DNA of 64,000 nt from Bacteroidota bacterium (GCA_033854175.1 JAWOKN010000096.1:73725-137724); one strand, 5' to 3'; shown: positions 9,311 through 20,957, counted from the first letter of the stretch. Numbers and translations: made by a program. Notes: generated by a model not told the origin, from the sequence alone.

Positions 9311-9691
9311 CTATTCAGCTTTCGCGACCGTATTACGGATGGTCTGATGAATCTCGTGCATATCGACACGGCCTTTCCTGAGATACGGGATACCATAAAT
9401 TTTGAGCTGGGTGATATCCTTTACGTCAAGATCCCGCCCTGTGATAACGATGACGGGGATTGTCTTATGGCGTGCATGCTCTTTCAATTCGCGGATGAGG
9501 TCAAAACCGCTTAATCTGTTTAACGCGAGATCCATGAGGATTGCCGCAGGTTTTTCATGATCGACCCATTGAAGGAAATTCTCTTCAAGTGGAAAAACAA
9601 CACCGCGGAATCCTTCATCCTCCACTACAAATTTCATCAATTCCGAAAACCCCGGGCTGTCTTCGACAATGAGTATTGTTTTTTTCTTCAT
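9311..9691 (-). CDS. Stand-alone response-regulator receiver domain (CheY-like)
   Basis: The sequence MKKKTILIVEDSP...AILMDLALNRLSGFDLIRELKE...IPVIVITGRD has no output domain. The listed ORF extends to a TTG at 9742, but the ATG at 9691 fits receiver-domain N-termini. Confidence 0.8.
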   Translation of the reverse strand: MKKKTILIVEDSPGFSELMKFVVEDEGFRGVVFPLEENFLQWVDHEKPAAILMDLALNRLSGFDLIRELKEHARHKTIPVIVITGRDLDVKDITQLKIYGIPYLRKGRVDMHEIHQTIRNTVAKAE

Positions 9692-9825
9692 GGATGATAC
9701 AGATGATGCTCGTGATGACAAGTTGCTCCGAAGTGCATTCAAAACATAGAGAAAATTGAATTAAAAGTCAAACAAATGACGTCATGAATGATGTTCACGA
9801 CATTGCTCAACCGACATCTTTTCCA

Positions 9826-9854
9826 TTGACTTTATTCCAGAAGTTTCTTAAATT
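9826..9854 (+). promoter_or_regulatory. Candidate rplU promoter TTGACT-17-TAAATT
   Basis: The -35 is at 9826-9831 and the -10 at 9849-9854, 47 nt before the rplU ATG. Confidence 0.3.
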
Positions 9855-9900
9855 TACGATACAGATTTTTAAAATCTCACCAAATTAAGGTAATTTCGCA

Positions 9901-10209
9901 ATGTTTGCTGTTGTCGATGTGCTTGGGCAGCAGGTCAAGGTCAGCCCGGCAGAGAAAGTTTACGTCCCAAGACTGATGGACGAGGTAGGAAGCAATGTAA
10001 AATTTGATCATGTCCTACTTATCGCGGATGACGACAAGGTCAAAGTCGGGAATCCGTATCTGAAAAATCTAACTGTAGCAGCCAAGGTTCTCGGCCACGT
10101 GAAGGATGAAAAGGTCATTGTCTTCAAGAAAAAGAAACGGAAAGGCTACCGGGTCCGACGAGGTCACAGACAGCAATATACTCAAGTTGAGATTACAAGT
10201 ATAGGATAA
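9901..10209 (+). CDS. rplU: 50S ribosomal protein L21
   Basis: [14 protein letters not shown]...[20 protein letters not shown], 102 aa, immediately upstream of rpmA. Confidence 0.97.
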   Translation: MFAVVDVLGQQVKVSPAEKVYVPRLMDEVGSNVKFDHVLLIADDDKVKVGNPYLKNLTVAAKVLGHVKDEKVIVFKKKKRKGYRVRRGHRQQYTQVEITSIG

Positions 10210-10223
10210 GGAGTCGGCATTGT

Positions 10224-10478
10224 ATGGCACATAAAAAAGGCGGTGGTAGTTCGAGAAACGGACGGGACAGTAATTCCCAGCGACTTGGCGTGAAACGCTT
10301 TGGCGGTGAGAAAGTCAGCGCAGGAAGTATTCTAGTCCGCCAACGGGGGACAAAGTTTTCTCCCGGCCGTAATGTCGGCCTTGGCAGTGATGACACTCTT
10401 TTTGCATTATGTGACGGCACGGTGAATTTTAAGCGTTTCGGCAAGTCGAGGAGCGTGGTTAGTATATTTCCGTCTTAA
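10224..10478 (+). CDS. rpmA: 50S ribosomal protein L27
   Basis: [29 protein letters not shown]..., 84 aa. Confidence 0.97.
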   Translation: MAHKKGGGSSRNGRDSNSQRLGVKRFGGEKVSAGSILVRQRGTKFSPGRNVGLGSDDTLFALCDGTVNFKRFGKSRSVVSIFPS

Positions 10479-10511
10479 TCGATTTATCAAATGCTTTTCG
10501 TTGAGAATGTT

Positions 10512-10542
10512 CCAGAAAGCCCGCTCTGCGCGGGCTTTCTGG
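10512..10542 (+). terminator. Rho-independent terminator after rpmA
   Basis: A perfect 13-bp stem, CCAGAAAGCCCGC (10512-10524) with GCGGGCTTTCTGG (10530-10542), and a 5-nt loop. Confidence 0.7.
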
Positions 10543-10559
10543 TTATGATAGCAAATTAG

Positions 10560-11525
<966 letters not shown>

Positions 11526-11723
11526 TCCCGGAGCAATAATTATCGGACTAGATCATTGGATGTCGGATCGGCGAGGTAGCATTTTGGATGAGCGAGTACA
11601 TGACCTTTTGCCCGCGACTGTCCTATCGTGAACTGCAGGCATTCTCCCTGTTTCTATCTGGATTGATAAATTGATGTAGTGATTTTCCGGAGGCGCACTG
11701 CCGGTAAAGCCCCCATGATTGGA

Positions 11724-12161
11724 TTAGGAGGGGATGGACATTTTCATGATGACCCGCGATCCTCCAGGGAAGCGGGAAAACTCAACACTATCCATCAGCG
11801 AGCGCATGAGGAAAACCCCGCGTCCGTTTTCGCGGAGGATGTTTTCCTCTGAAAGAGGATCCGGGAGGGTTTCAGGGTTGACCCCTTGTCCTTCATCCTC
11901 CACCGTGATGAGTAAAAGTCCGTTGTCTGTTTCGCAAACGAGAACGACTTTCTTGTGCGGATCTCGATTATTGCCATGAAGAATGCCGTTATTCACGGCT
12001 TCTGTGGTTGCAATGAGAAGTTTATTAAACGAGGAATCATCGAGATGGAGCTGTTCGTTGAGTTTCTCAAGAAATCCTTCTACTTTCATAATTTCATTCG
12101 GTACGCTGGTGAGGACCAGACGCACATGAATTTGATTATTTCTCCGCGTAATCTTTTTCAT
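11724..12161 (-). CDS. RsbW/SpoIIAB-like anti-sigma-factor serine kinase (HATPase_c)
   Basis: The N box is TTEAVNNGILHGN, the G1 box is DEGQGV and the G2 box is GRGVFLM. The ATG at 12161 overlaps the upstream stop as TGATG. The listed ORF starts one codon earlier at a TTG. Confidence 0.8.
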   Translation of the reverse strand: MKKITRRNNQIHVRLVLTSVPNEIMKVEGFLEKLNEQLHLDDSSFNKLLIATTEAVNNGILHGNNRDPHKKVVLVCETDNGLLLITVEDEGQGVNPETLPDPLSEENILRENGRGVFLMRSLMDSVEFSRFPGGSRVIMKMSIPS

Positions 12162-14083
12162 CAAATATGAACGATGAGGTTCATGGACATATTCGTAAAG
12201 CCACGATCGGGTTCTCCGGTCTGATGTTGAGTTTCATACCACCCTTTGAGTGAAAAGGATGCATTTTCACCGGGTATCCATGCAATTTCCGTCGATGGGC
12301 CGATGCTGCGAAGGAAATGGTCAACATATTCTTGAGAATCCTGATAGCTATAACGTAATTGACTAAAATAACGAAACCCTACCGAGAAAAGCAAACTTGA
12401 ACGGAGCCTGTACCGTATTGAAAAAGCGTAGAGCTTATCTTGGAAGGAGTTTACAGGACGTTCAGAAAAGTCGCTCCAGCGGAGTTGGCCCTGTTCGTAA
12501 AACTTAATCTGATGCATCCAGTGGAGAGTCATCCTTGGTGTCAGGGTATATGTTGATGAATCATGCCACGCAAATTCCCGATAAGCAAAGCTCTGGATAG
12601 GGGAGCTCGGGAATTCATAATCATATGCTGTGTAATTTGCGGTGACCTCAAAAGTATTTGAGGTTGTCAATGACAGAGAGGGACTGTAATCGAGTGTCGG
12701 GGCTAACCGTAGAATTCGGTTCCAAGTGTTGCTTGCGCTTCGTGTTGATGCAAGGTAGACGAGATGCATCATGTTCAGATCGCCTGTCAAGCGTGCGACA
12801 AGATACCGGTTTATCCGGTGGAGACCGCTAAAATTAAACGCGTACCAGAGCTCATCCCTATCATCATCATTTTCTTGGCTCGGCGTATCGTACCGGAGAA
12901 GGTTCTCGGAGCCGGAGATTAGAAGAGAATTATCAGATGAAGATGTAATGGCAAATTCCGCCGTCAGTCCGGTTCGGCGAGAGTGATTATTTTTTCGTTC
13001 TTCTTCCTGGGTCAGTGAGTTGAAGAGGAGGACATCCACACCCGGGTTGTCGAGTGTATGGCGTTCGTCCCGTTCAGCATAATCAAACCGTACCGATGTG
13101 CGAACACTGTCGTAGGGTTTGAACGAGAGTTTGGCCGAACTTTCCAGGCGAAGCTCATCGATGGTTGTTGGAAGTGACGATCCCAGTGGATTGGTGAGAG
13201 CCCGATATAATGTGGTTCGTCCAATCTCCCTTCCGGCCACCGCACCACTCAGCGAAAACAACGTCTGCTTGCTGATGGCGTAACCCAGCGTGTCAATGAA
13301 TCCGACAAAATCTTCTGTTCTTGATTCAATATTGTAGATGACGTTATACTGCCTGCGGAGAGCGGAATCGGCTGAAATGTAAATGTCACGGCGCAAGAAC
13401 GAGTAAAATATCTGCAGAGAATTCTTGGTGTCTTCGATAAACGTTTTATCGACGGTTAAGAACAGATTGCGGGTGTCTGCCCGTCGTGGGGTGATCTGAT
13501 CATATCTCCATTTCCCCGAAAGGGCCGTTTGATAACCGTTATAATCAACCGTATCGAGGGAGGTCGATAGCAGATACGATAATCCCTTGTCGGTGGGTTC
13601 CGTTTGTTTGTCAAATGTAACACCGATGAGGGGTTCGAGTGTAAAGCGGGACATAGGTCGGAGTTCGATTCCTCCGAACACAGATTCAGCTGAGGTTTTC
13701 CCCAGATCAATACTTCGGTCATCTGAGAGAATGAACCCGGAAGCTTTTATGGTCCCTGATAGCAGAGTCGAAATTCGCTGGCGTAGAATAAGATCAAATT
13801 GTTCCTGATCAGTAATATACGCGCGATCTGTCCGGATAACGGATGAGAGAAATTCTTCGTTAAGGGAACAAAATAATGACCCAAAAAGGTTCTGGTATGC
13901 TCCGTGGCTATCCCAATGGTAGGTGTTATAAACATTGTTGAAGTAGAATGCAATATTGTTCCTGTTATGGAGGGAATCAATGGTGGACGGCTGAATATGA
14001 ATATCAGTGATTTCCTGTCCAGAGGATCGTATGGCAAAGATGAAACAAGTACAGCCGATGAGGAGCAATAAGCGGATCACCAT
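12161..14083 (-). CDS. Hypothetical secreted protein, probable outer-membrane beta-barrel
   Basis: The signal peptide is MVIRLLLLIGCTCFIFAIRSSGQ. The protein is 640 aa, rich in S/T/Y/R/N, with alternating beta-strand-like patterning to the C-terminus. I recognise no enzyme motif. Confidence 0.6.
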   Translation of the reverse strand: MVIRLLLLIGCTCFIFAIRSSGQEITDIHIQPSTIDSLHNRNNIAFYFNNVYNTYHWDSHGAYQNLFGSLFCSLNEEFLSSVIRTDRAYITDQEQFDLILRQRISTLLSGTIKASGFILSDDRSIDLGKTSAESVFGGIELRPMSRFTLEPLIGVTFDKQTEPTDKGLSYLLSTSLDTVDYNGYQTALSGKWRYDQITPRRADTRNLFLTVDKTFIEDTKNSLQIFYSFLRRDIYISADSALRRQYNVIYNIESRTEDFVGFIDTLGYAISKQTLFSLSGAVAGREIGRTTLYRALTNPLGSSLPTTIDELRLESSAKLSFKPYDSVRTSVRFDYAERDERHTLDNPGVDVLLFNSLTQEEERKNNHSRRTGLTAEFAITSSSDNSLLISGSENLLRYDTPSQENDDDRDELWYAFNFSGLHRINRYLVARLTGDLNMMHLVYLASTRSASNTWNRILRLAPTLDYSPSLSLTTSNTFEVTANYTAYDYEFPSSPIQSFAYREFAWHDSSTYTLTPRMTLHWMHQIKFYEQGQLRWSDFSERPVNSFQDKLYAFSIRYRLRSSLLFSVGFRYFSQLRYSYQDSQEYVDHFLRSIGPSTEIAWIPGENASFSLKGWYETQHQTGEPDRGFTNMSMNLIVHI

Positions 14084-14865
14084 ATGCCAAGAAGTGATCC
14101 AGCGTCGATCGTGATGGAGGTACCGCTGATTGCCCGTGCAGCATCGGAGGCAAGATAAAGGACTGTTTGGGCCACGTCCTCGGGGTTGATCAGGGAGCCG
14201 TTCAATCTCTGCTCAACCTGCCGTCGTAATTCCTCCGGAGGTATTTGTATGATTGTGGAGATCGCCTTGAATCTTTCTGCAGTCAATGGTGTGTCCGAGG
14301 TAGCCGGATTGATGCAATTTAACCTGATCCGGTCCGCGGCCAGTTCTTTCGAAAGGGATTTTGTAAGATTTGACAAGGCGGCATTGATAACGCCGGCAAC
14401 CATGGACAAAGGTTCAGGCTCCAATCCGGCAGTACCAGTGATATTGATAATTGTCCCGCCGCCTCGTGCCTTCATTGATTGTACGACTTCTCTGCACATC
14501 CGAATATATCCGAGGAGCTTGAGCTGAAGATGATATTCCCACTCCTCATCGTTTGTCGCGAAGATGCCACCGACATGCACCCCGCCTGCGTTGTTGACCA
14601 GAATGTCTATTCCACCATATTTTTTCAGTGCAGCCCCCACAAATCTTCGTATGTCGTTGATCTTTGTCATGTTTGCCTTTATCGCCAGCACATCAGTGTG
14701 AGTGTTAACGCGGATTTCCTCGGCGGTAAGTTTCAGATCGGTTTCTTCGCGGGCGCAAATGGCAAGCCGGGCTCCTTCCGAGGCAAGCGCGAGTGCAATG
14801 GTTTTGCCGATGCCATGACTTGCCCCTGTTATGACGGCAATTTTACCAGTGATTCCTTTATACAC
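14077..14865 (-). CDS. SDR-family oxidoreductase (FabG-like)
   Basis: GKIAVITGASHGIGKTIA (TGxxxGxG) and NNAG, 262 aa. Confidence 0.9.
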   Translation of the reverse strand: MYKGITGKIAVITGASHGIGKTIALALASEGARLAICAREETDLKLTAEEIRVNTHTDVLAIKANMTKINDIRRFVGAALKKYGGIDILVNNAGGVHVGGIFATNDEEWEYHLQLKLLGYIRMCREVVQSMKARGGGTIINITGTAGLEPEPLSMVAGVINAALSNLTKSLSKELAADRIRLNCINPATSDTPLTAERFKAISTIIQIPPEELRRQVEQRLNGSLINPEDVAQTVLYLASDAARAISGTSITIDAGSLLGIW

Positions 14866-14904
14866 GATATTCCTCGAGAGATTTTTTGATCCTGTGGACT
14901 CCGG

Positions 14905-16299
14905 TTAAAGTGTAAATTTTTGTCCCCTGACGGGAATTTCGACATGATCAAATCCATTTTGCTTCAACCCGTTTTGAAAGCAAAGTTGTCGCTCGTATTC
15001 TCCATGGACAAGAAAAACTGTTTGGAGCTTTTGCCGGTCAAACTGACGGGCATATTTTAATAACTCGTTCCCGTCTGCATGCGCGCTGAAAGAGTTATGG
15101 ACAATGACCTCAGCTCTGCGTTTATATACTGAGCCAAGGATCTTCACCTCGTCTGCATTATCGACAAGTTTTTTCCCGAGCGTGTTTTCAGCCTGATATC
15201 CCACAATAAGAATTGCATTGCGGGAATCCTCGATAGTGTTCGCAAGGTGATGGAGAATGCGGCCTGCCTCGCACATGCCGGATGCCGAGATTATCATGAT
15301 GGGGTCCGTTCTATCGTTGAGTCTTTTCGAATCTTCAGATGTGCGAATGTATTGTATCTGATTCAGCCCGAATGGATCATGATGCTGTTGGAGATGGGTC
15401 AACACATCCTCGTCAAAGCATTCAGGGTGGTGTTTGAAAATATCTGTTGCGTTAACAGCAAGCGGGCTGTCAACGTATATGGGTATGCGAGGAAGTTTTC
15501 CGGAGTCGAAGAGAGTATGGAGAGTATAGACGATATCCTGTGTTCTCCCCACGCTGAAAGCCGGGACAACGATTTTGCCATTGCGGGCGATTATACGCAT
15601 GATATCCTGTGCGAGCTGGGTTCCCATATCTTCGGGGGGATCATGAACAATTCCGCCATAGGTGCTTTCGGAGAGGAGAAATTCAACGTTGCCCATGAAA
15701 ATAGGGTCTTTGATGATCGGCATATTCCATCTCCCGATGTCCCCCGTGAAACCAAGAGATTTCTCTGTACCGTGTTCTCTGATGCTGAGGACGACTGAGG
15801 CCGAACCGAGAATATGTCCGGCGTCAATGAAGGTTGCGCTCAGATCCGGAAAGAGATTAAACGGTGTGTTATAGGGTATACCAATGAACTGTTCTATGGC
15901 CTGTTGGGCTTCGACGAATGTATAGAGCGGTTGAATCGGCTGGCCATGGTGCTGTGCCAGCTTTTTGTTGAGATATTCCGCGTCCTTTTCCTGGATATGC
16001 CCGCTGTCTGCCAGCATGACTGAACAAAGATCCTTTGTTGCAGGTGTACAGAAAATCGGGCCGTGATAACCCTGTTTTACCAATCCAGGGATATTTCCAC
16101 TGTGATCAATGTGCGCGTGGGAAAGGAGTACCGCATCGATTGAAGAGGGATCAAAGGGGAAGTTTCTGTTGCGATCGGTTGCTTCACTTCGTTTTCCCTG
16201 AAACAAGCCGCAATCGAATAAAATATTCCTATTGTTGATGTGAAGCAGGTGCATCGAGCCGGTGACGGTTCGGGTTGCACCTTGAAATTCAATGATCAT
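14905..16299 (-). CDS. MBL-fold beta-CASP metallo-hydrolase (RNA-processing type)
   Basis: HAHIDHSG (HxHxDH) and the C-terminal motif FSAHADGNEL typical of beta-CASP, 464 aa. Confidence 0.85.
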   Translation of the reverse strand: MIIEFQGATRTVTGSMHLLHINNRNILFDCGLFQGKRSEATDRNRNFPFDPSSIDAVLLSHAHIDHSGNIPGLVKQGYHGPIFCTPATKDLCSVMLADSGHIQEKDAEYLNKKLAQHHGQPIQPLYTFVEAQQAIEQFIGIPYNTPFNLFPDLSATFIDAGHILGSASVVLSIREHGTEKSLGFTGDIGRWNMPIIKDPIFMGNVEFLLSESTYGGIVHDPPEDMGTQLAQDIMRIIARNGKIVVPAFSVGRTQDIVYTLHTLFDSGKLPRIPIYVDSPLAVNATDIFKHHPECFDEDVLTHLQQHHDPFGLNQIQYIRTSEDSKRLNDRTDPIMIISASGMCEAGRILHHLANTIEDSRNAILIVGYQAENTLGKKLVDNADEVKILGSVYKRRAEVIVHNSFSAHADGNELLKYARQFDRQKLQTVFLVHGEYERQLCFQNGLKQNGFDHVEIPVRGQKFTL

Positions 16300-16330
16300 T
16301 CAACCCTCGTAATGATTTCATAATGGGGAG

Positions 16331-18433
16331 TTATCGCTTCATGAATATCATCCCTGTTGTCGGCGGGATGTTCACGGTTTTACCCTTTAGGATCTTCATG
16401 GGTTTGTTGGGGTAGATCTGTGACCCATCGGCGATGATTCCCCACACACCCCGCGGCAGAGTTATCTGAGATGATTTCGCCGGGTGGCCGTTCATGAGTA
16501 CAAAAAATGATTTGCCTTGATGGCCTGGAGGGGATAGGAGAGTGTAAGCGATCAAAAATTCATTTCTCGTATTTTGAAATTTAATGGCGTTTTTCGAAGC
16601 GTTGCTGAAAATTGGATACATCTTCCTTAACCGGATAAGGCCGCGATAGTAATTGTAGAGCTCGATATTCAGATCTTTGTGGTGATAATTCAACCAGTTA
16701 GTTTCATTGTCTTTTGCATAACTGTTATGATCGATCCGCCCGATATCCGTATCGGGAACATCGGTACGGGCAATAATTTTTCCCCGTGCATATTCCTGAC
16801 CCTCATCAATCATGACTGGTCCCTGTGAGGTCAGTAAGAACATAGCGGCGAGTTTACTGATCGCGAGCTGCCGCGGAGTAAGGCGGACAAATCTATCAAG
16901 ATCGGTAATTCTGTCGGTGTCATGGACGTCTCCCATACCAAGGCGGACAAAATCGCCGAGCGTGTTATCATCGTGTGATTCAAGATAATTGATGCTCTCA
17001 TCCTTTTTTTGAAAAACACCGCCGTTCTCACGAAGGGTCCCGGTGACATAACTCATGAAAGATTTTTTTGTATTTGTTCCCTGATACTTGCCGAAGATGA
17101 AGCCAAGCCCGTTTTGCGGATTCTGGCCCTTCACACCGTTCCTGAATAGATCATTCCAGGCTGCCCATCCGATATCGCTGAAACCTGCCGGGTCGTACTT
17201 CCCGCCACCCCAAGGTTCAGCAATCAGAATAACATTCGGGTTCACAGCTTTTGCGGCGGCAAGGATCTGTTTGCAGGTTTCTTGATCGATCAGAGTTGCT
17301 ATATCGAAGCGAAATCCGTCGACGTGATATTCCTTCATCCAGTACAAAACACTTTCGATAATGAGGCGGCGAGCCATCGGCCGTTCAGTGAAAAAATCGT
17401 TCCCGCAGCCTGAATATTTTAGAAAATTCCCGGTGGAATCTGTTCGGAAATAGTAGTATTTGTCGATGTATTTAAAGGGATTGTAATCGTATTGGGAGAC
17501 ATGATTATAGACAACATCCATGAGAACAGCAAAACCCTCTCGATGAAGTATTTTTATCATATCCTTCATCTCTTTCACTGCACGCCCGTCGGTTCCGTTA
17601 TAACGGCCCCGTTCCATCGTACCGTCGCTTGCATAGTAAGTTTCAGGAGCAAAATAATAGCTTGTCATGTATCCCCAGTGATTACGCTCATAGGGGTTCC
17701 AGGTATTCATTTCGCCCAGATTGTTAAGATGATGGGGATCGCGGAAGGGAAGTTCAATTGTTCCGAACTTTTGGAGGGGTAAAAATTCAACCGCGTTGAC
17801 ACCCAGATTCTTAAGATAGGAGAGACCACCCGTCCGCCCCTTTTCGGTGAGGCCGATAAATGTACCGCGGGCGGATACACCCGAGGAAGGATGTGCGGTG
17901 AGGTCTCGTAAATGTGTCTCATAAATGATCAGTTTGGAATGATCAGAGGGCGCGCGGGAGGTGTCGTTCTCCCAATCATAGCGAGTATCGAGAATAAGTG
18001 TTTTTGCCGCATGATGATAGGAATTAAATGTTGTTACAGCGCGTGAATAAGGATCACCGATGACAATTGAAGAATCAAACATTTCTCCTTTCCCCTCAGG
18101 TCCGCTGACCTTGTAACCGTAAAATTTACCGTAGAGGTTTCCCGGGGCAATATATTCCCAGACGCCGTCGGTGGTATCTTCGTTCATCAGGTATTCGGAA
18201 CCCTGCTCTTGATCGTAACGATCAAAAAGGATAAGCATAACGGCCGTCGCCCGGGGAGCGAAGAGGCGGAAAATGGTTTTTTGGCCCTCGATAATGCATC
18301 CGAGTTCCTTTCGAGAGGCGAGGTTGTTGAATAATTTTTGATTCTCAGGTAATGAGGATGATTGTGCCCAACCCATTGTGATCCCAATAAATAAAAATAT
18401 GGATAAAGTGATGTTATGGTGTGTCATAACCAT
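16331..18433 (-). CDS. GH13 pullulanase-type glycoside hydrolase
   Basis: The GH13 regions are MDVVYNHV, DGFRFDIATLI, IAEPWGG and YLESHDDNTL. The ORF is open to 18505, but the Met at 18433 gives a plausible signal peptide (MVMTHHNITLSIFLFIGITMGWAQ). Confidence 0.85.
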   Translation of the reverse strand: MVMTHHNITLSIFLFIGITMGWAQSSSLPENQKLFNNLASRKELGCIIEGQKTIFRLFAPRATAVMLILFDRYDQEQGSEYLMNEDTTDGVWEYIAPGNLYGKFYGYKVSGPEGKGEMFDSSIVIGDPYSRAVTTFNSYHHAAKTLILDTRYDWENDTSRAPSDHSKLIIYETHLRDLTAHPSSGVSARGTFIGLTEKGRTGGLSYLKNLGVNAVEFLPLQKFGTIELPFRDPHHLNNLGEMNTWNPYERNHWGYMTSYYFAPETYYASDGTMERGRYNGTDGRAVKEMKDMIKILHREGFAVLMDVVYNHVSQYDYNPFKYIDKYYYFRTDSTGNFLKYSGCGNDFFTERPMARRLIIESVLYWMKEYHVDGFRFDIATLIDQETCKQILAAAKAVNPNVILIAEPWGGGKYDPAGFSDIGWAAWNDLFRNGVKGQNPQNGLGFIFGKYQGTNTKKSFMSYVTGTLRENGGVFQKKDESINYLESHDDNTLGDFVRLGMGDVHDTDRITDLDRFVRLTPRQLAISKLAAMFLLTSQGPVMIDEGQEYARGKIIARTDVPDTDIGRIDHNSYAKDNETNWLNYHHKDLNIELYNYYRGLIRLRKMYPIFSNASKNAIKFQNTRNEFLIAYTLLSPPGHQGKSFFVLMNGHPAKSSQITLPRGVWGIIADGSQIYPNKPMKILKGKTVNIPPTTGMIFMKR

Positions 18434-18557
18434 CGGAATTTCAAAATGGATATGCAAAATTAAATAGAATAAGTGCGAGATGCAAGCATTTTGCATGATT
18501 TCCATGAGAGGGGGCAGAATGGCCCATCCTACGGGGAGGAAATATTTTCAGCAACTA

Positions 18558-20957
18558 TTAGAGTAAAGTTGCAATACCAAAAGTGAGAAAAAATTGTTGC
18601 GGCTTTGTGAAGCGGTATGTCAGGTCGAGACGGAAAAGATCAAGGACCCGGCTTATACCGAGACCTCCTTCAGAATACCACCCAGGAATGATTCGGGTCG
18701 GACCAGACCATGTTTGTGCGACCGAGGTATGCACAAGAAGTTCAAGATTTTTTTTATAGAGAAATGGGATACCAAGAAGCAGGAACGGGATTGAGCGGAA
18801 ATTGTGTTCAATGTTGAGCATGACGAATCGATCACCCTGAAATTCCCGCGTATCGGATCCCCGCAAGGTACCGAATACCGACAGCCCTGACGCCCGGGCA
18901 TCGGGGGAAAAGGTCCTTTGCGGCGGAGCAGTACCGGATGTTGTTCCCGCTGACAGATTGATGCGGAGCGATGGAGGAAACAATAATTCACCGAGGAACG
19001 TCCTAATATTCCACGTTAGGAGTGCATGGTATTGAGTAAAGTTGTACGCACTATGGTCGATTCCTGGTGCCGTGTGTTCGACGGAAAATTCGACCGCATC
19101 GCGTGATATGAGGTCGATCGGCTCGGGTGGGTCTCCAAAGCGGACATCCCAGCGAAAACCGCGGTAGGCGCCCTCCAGAATCTCCGGGTTCGGGCGATAG
19201 AATGATGAAGGTCGGATCAGGCTGTAGTTTGTTACAACGCTGAGAGAAGACTGATGTTCCATGATATAACTCATCTCCGCTGACACCCAGCGCTGCGGCT
19301 GGAATTGCAGGTAGGTTCTTACTCCGTGTGCCAGATAGTAGTCGCGGTAGTCATTCTTACCCAGGAGGGAGGTGAAGGTAATAATCAACGGTCCGTAATA
19401 TCCCTCATCGGGAAAATGCCGGAGAGCGTTATATGTTTCAGCACCGAACCCGAGTGTGTGAGCTTTGCTACTGTAGAGGGTAATACCAATGTCGTGTTTG
19501 ATGCGGTGGTCGGATAATCCGATCCCCGCGCTTCCGTTGATTTGCACGTGTTGAAAAAGATCTTTAAATGTTTTCGATGCACCGAGATATAACCCTTCGA
19601 CACGGTTGAAATGGATATCCGCGAAATCTGTGATCGCCTCAGTACTATTTCCGGCAAGTGTCGCAAGTGGTCCCTTGGGCTCAAATTGCTTTTCGATGGT
19701 CTGCGAACTATCCAATGTTGCGTACGCCCGCTCTTCCTCACTCGTGAGTGGAACCACTACTGTAGTTTTCCAGAAAGTGGTATCAAATTTTGCTGCTGCT
19801 GAATCTATTGTCAATCGGCGTTTTTGAAATATGGAATCTGGCAATTGGGCATTAATCGTATAATCGTAAATCGAGGATAGGAGATCAATCCCGATATGTG
19901 GAAGAGATATCCCCACAATGCTGACGCTAAATCCTCCGGTAATGTGAATATTCGTCGGCATCCAGAAAATTGAATCGTAGAGGGAAAATTGTTGCTGATA
20001 CCTGACATCAACGTCGGAAAGAAATGGAATGGAGAACACGTCATTCGGCTTGACGTCGACCCCCATGACGGCATAGGTCCCGTTGGCGATCGAGATTGTA
20101 CCCTCCAGGAGGGGTTTGATACGGCTCTTGGGCTTCATCTGGATTTCATAGGTCTCAATATCGTTGATTCTTCTTGTTGCGAGCAATTTATAATCGTAAT
20201 TTTCCAGTGCGTTTGGTGCCGTGGGGCCGACGAAAGTAAATCTCGAGGAATTGTTCCCGGCTCGCACGGAAAATAGATCGATATCGTCATCGTTGAAGTT
20301 TACGATCCGCCTGACTGAGGCAAAATTCTCATTGACGGGGACATTTAGCGTTTGTCGCTTCTGCCGGACAACTTCCCGGAGGGTATCTCCGCGTTTCGCA
20401 TAACCTGTCGTATAAGATTCTGTAATACCGGCTATTGCTGTATCGCGCCGCATGACTTGCCGTGTGTATGCATCAAACTGATATGAAAAGAGTTTATCCA
20501 TCCATTGATGTTTGGTAGCGATCGCCCTACGGATAATCTCCAGGGCAGGGTCTTCCCCTACGACCACCACCTCAGGAATTTTTATCGGGGCGGGTGACAG
20601 CTCAATGTTTCGTGTCAGTTTTTTGTTTACAAATACCGATAATGTGTCTGGTTGATAACCCAGATAACTGAAGAGAAAGACGTGGGCACCGGAATCAACC
20701 GACAAGCTATATTCCCCCAGAGCGTTGGAGATTGTGCCTTTTGAGGTCCCGATCAGACGGATATTGGCTGCTACAAGTGGATCATGAGTTGCTGAATCGA
20801 CAACGACTCCGCGGATGATGAAGGACTGTTGGCTCAGGAGACTCCAAGAGGGAAAAAGCTGAACGAAGAGCAACATGATCATTGTGATCGTTCGATCTAT
20901 CCGGCGGTCGATTGTCGTCCGTTCAATGCGGTAGGTCTGTCTATCACGACTTCGCAT
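18558..20957 (-). CDS. CarboxypepD_reg-like domain protein with a large beta-rich C-terminal domain (DUF5686-like)
   Basis: IIRGVVVDSATHDPLVAANIRLIGTSKGTISNALGEYSL matches the carboxypeptidase-regulatory fold. At about 800 aa it is typical of FCB DUF5686 proteins. The start may be the internal Met at 20882. Confidence 0.6.
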   Translation of the reverse strand: MRSRDRQTYRIERTTIDRRIDRTITMIMLLFVQLFPSWSLLSQQSFIIRGVVVDSATHDPLVAANIRLIGTSKGTISNALGEYSLSVDSGAHVFLFSYLGYQPDTLSVFVNKKLTRNIELSPAPIKIPEVVVVGEDPALEIIRRAIATKHQWMDKLFSYQFDAYTRQVMRRDTAIAGITESYTTGYAKRGDTLREVVRQKRQTLNVPVNENFASVRRIVNFNDDDIDLFSVRAGNNSSRFTFVGPTAPNALENYDYKLLATRRINDIETYEIQMKPKSRIKPLLEGTISIANGTYAVMGVDVKPNDVFSIPFLSDVDVRYQQQFSLYDSIFWMPTNIHITGGFSVSIVGISLPHIGIDLLSSIYDYTINAQLPDSIFQKRRLTIDSAAAKFDTTFWKTTVVVPLTSEEERAYATLDSSQTIEKQFEPKGPLATLAGNSTEAITDFADIHFNRVEGLYLGASKTFKDLFQHVQINGSAGIGLSDHRIKHDIGITLYSSKAHTLGFGAETYNALRHFPDEGYYGPLIITFTSLLGKNDYRDYYLAHGVRTYLQFQPQRWVSAEMSYIMEHQSSLSVVTNYSLIRPSSFYRPNPEILEGAYRGFRWDVRFGDPPEPIDLISRDAVEFSVEHTAPGIDHSAYNFTQYHALLTWNIRTFLGELLFPPSLRINLSAGTTSGTAPPQRTFSPDARASGLSVFGTLRGSDTREFQGDRFVMLNIEHNFRSIPFLLLGIPFLYKKNLELLVHTSVAQTWSGPTRIIPGWYSEGGLGISRVLDLFRLDLTYRFTKPQQFFLTFGIATLL

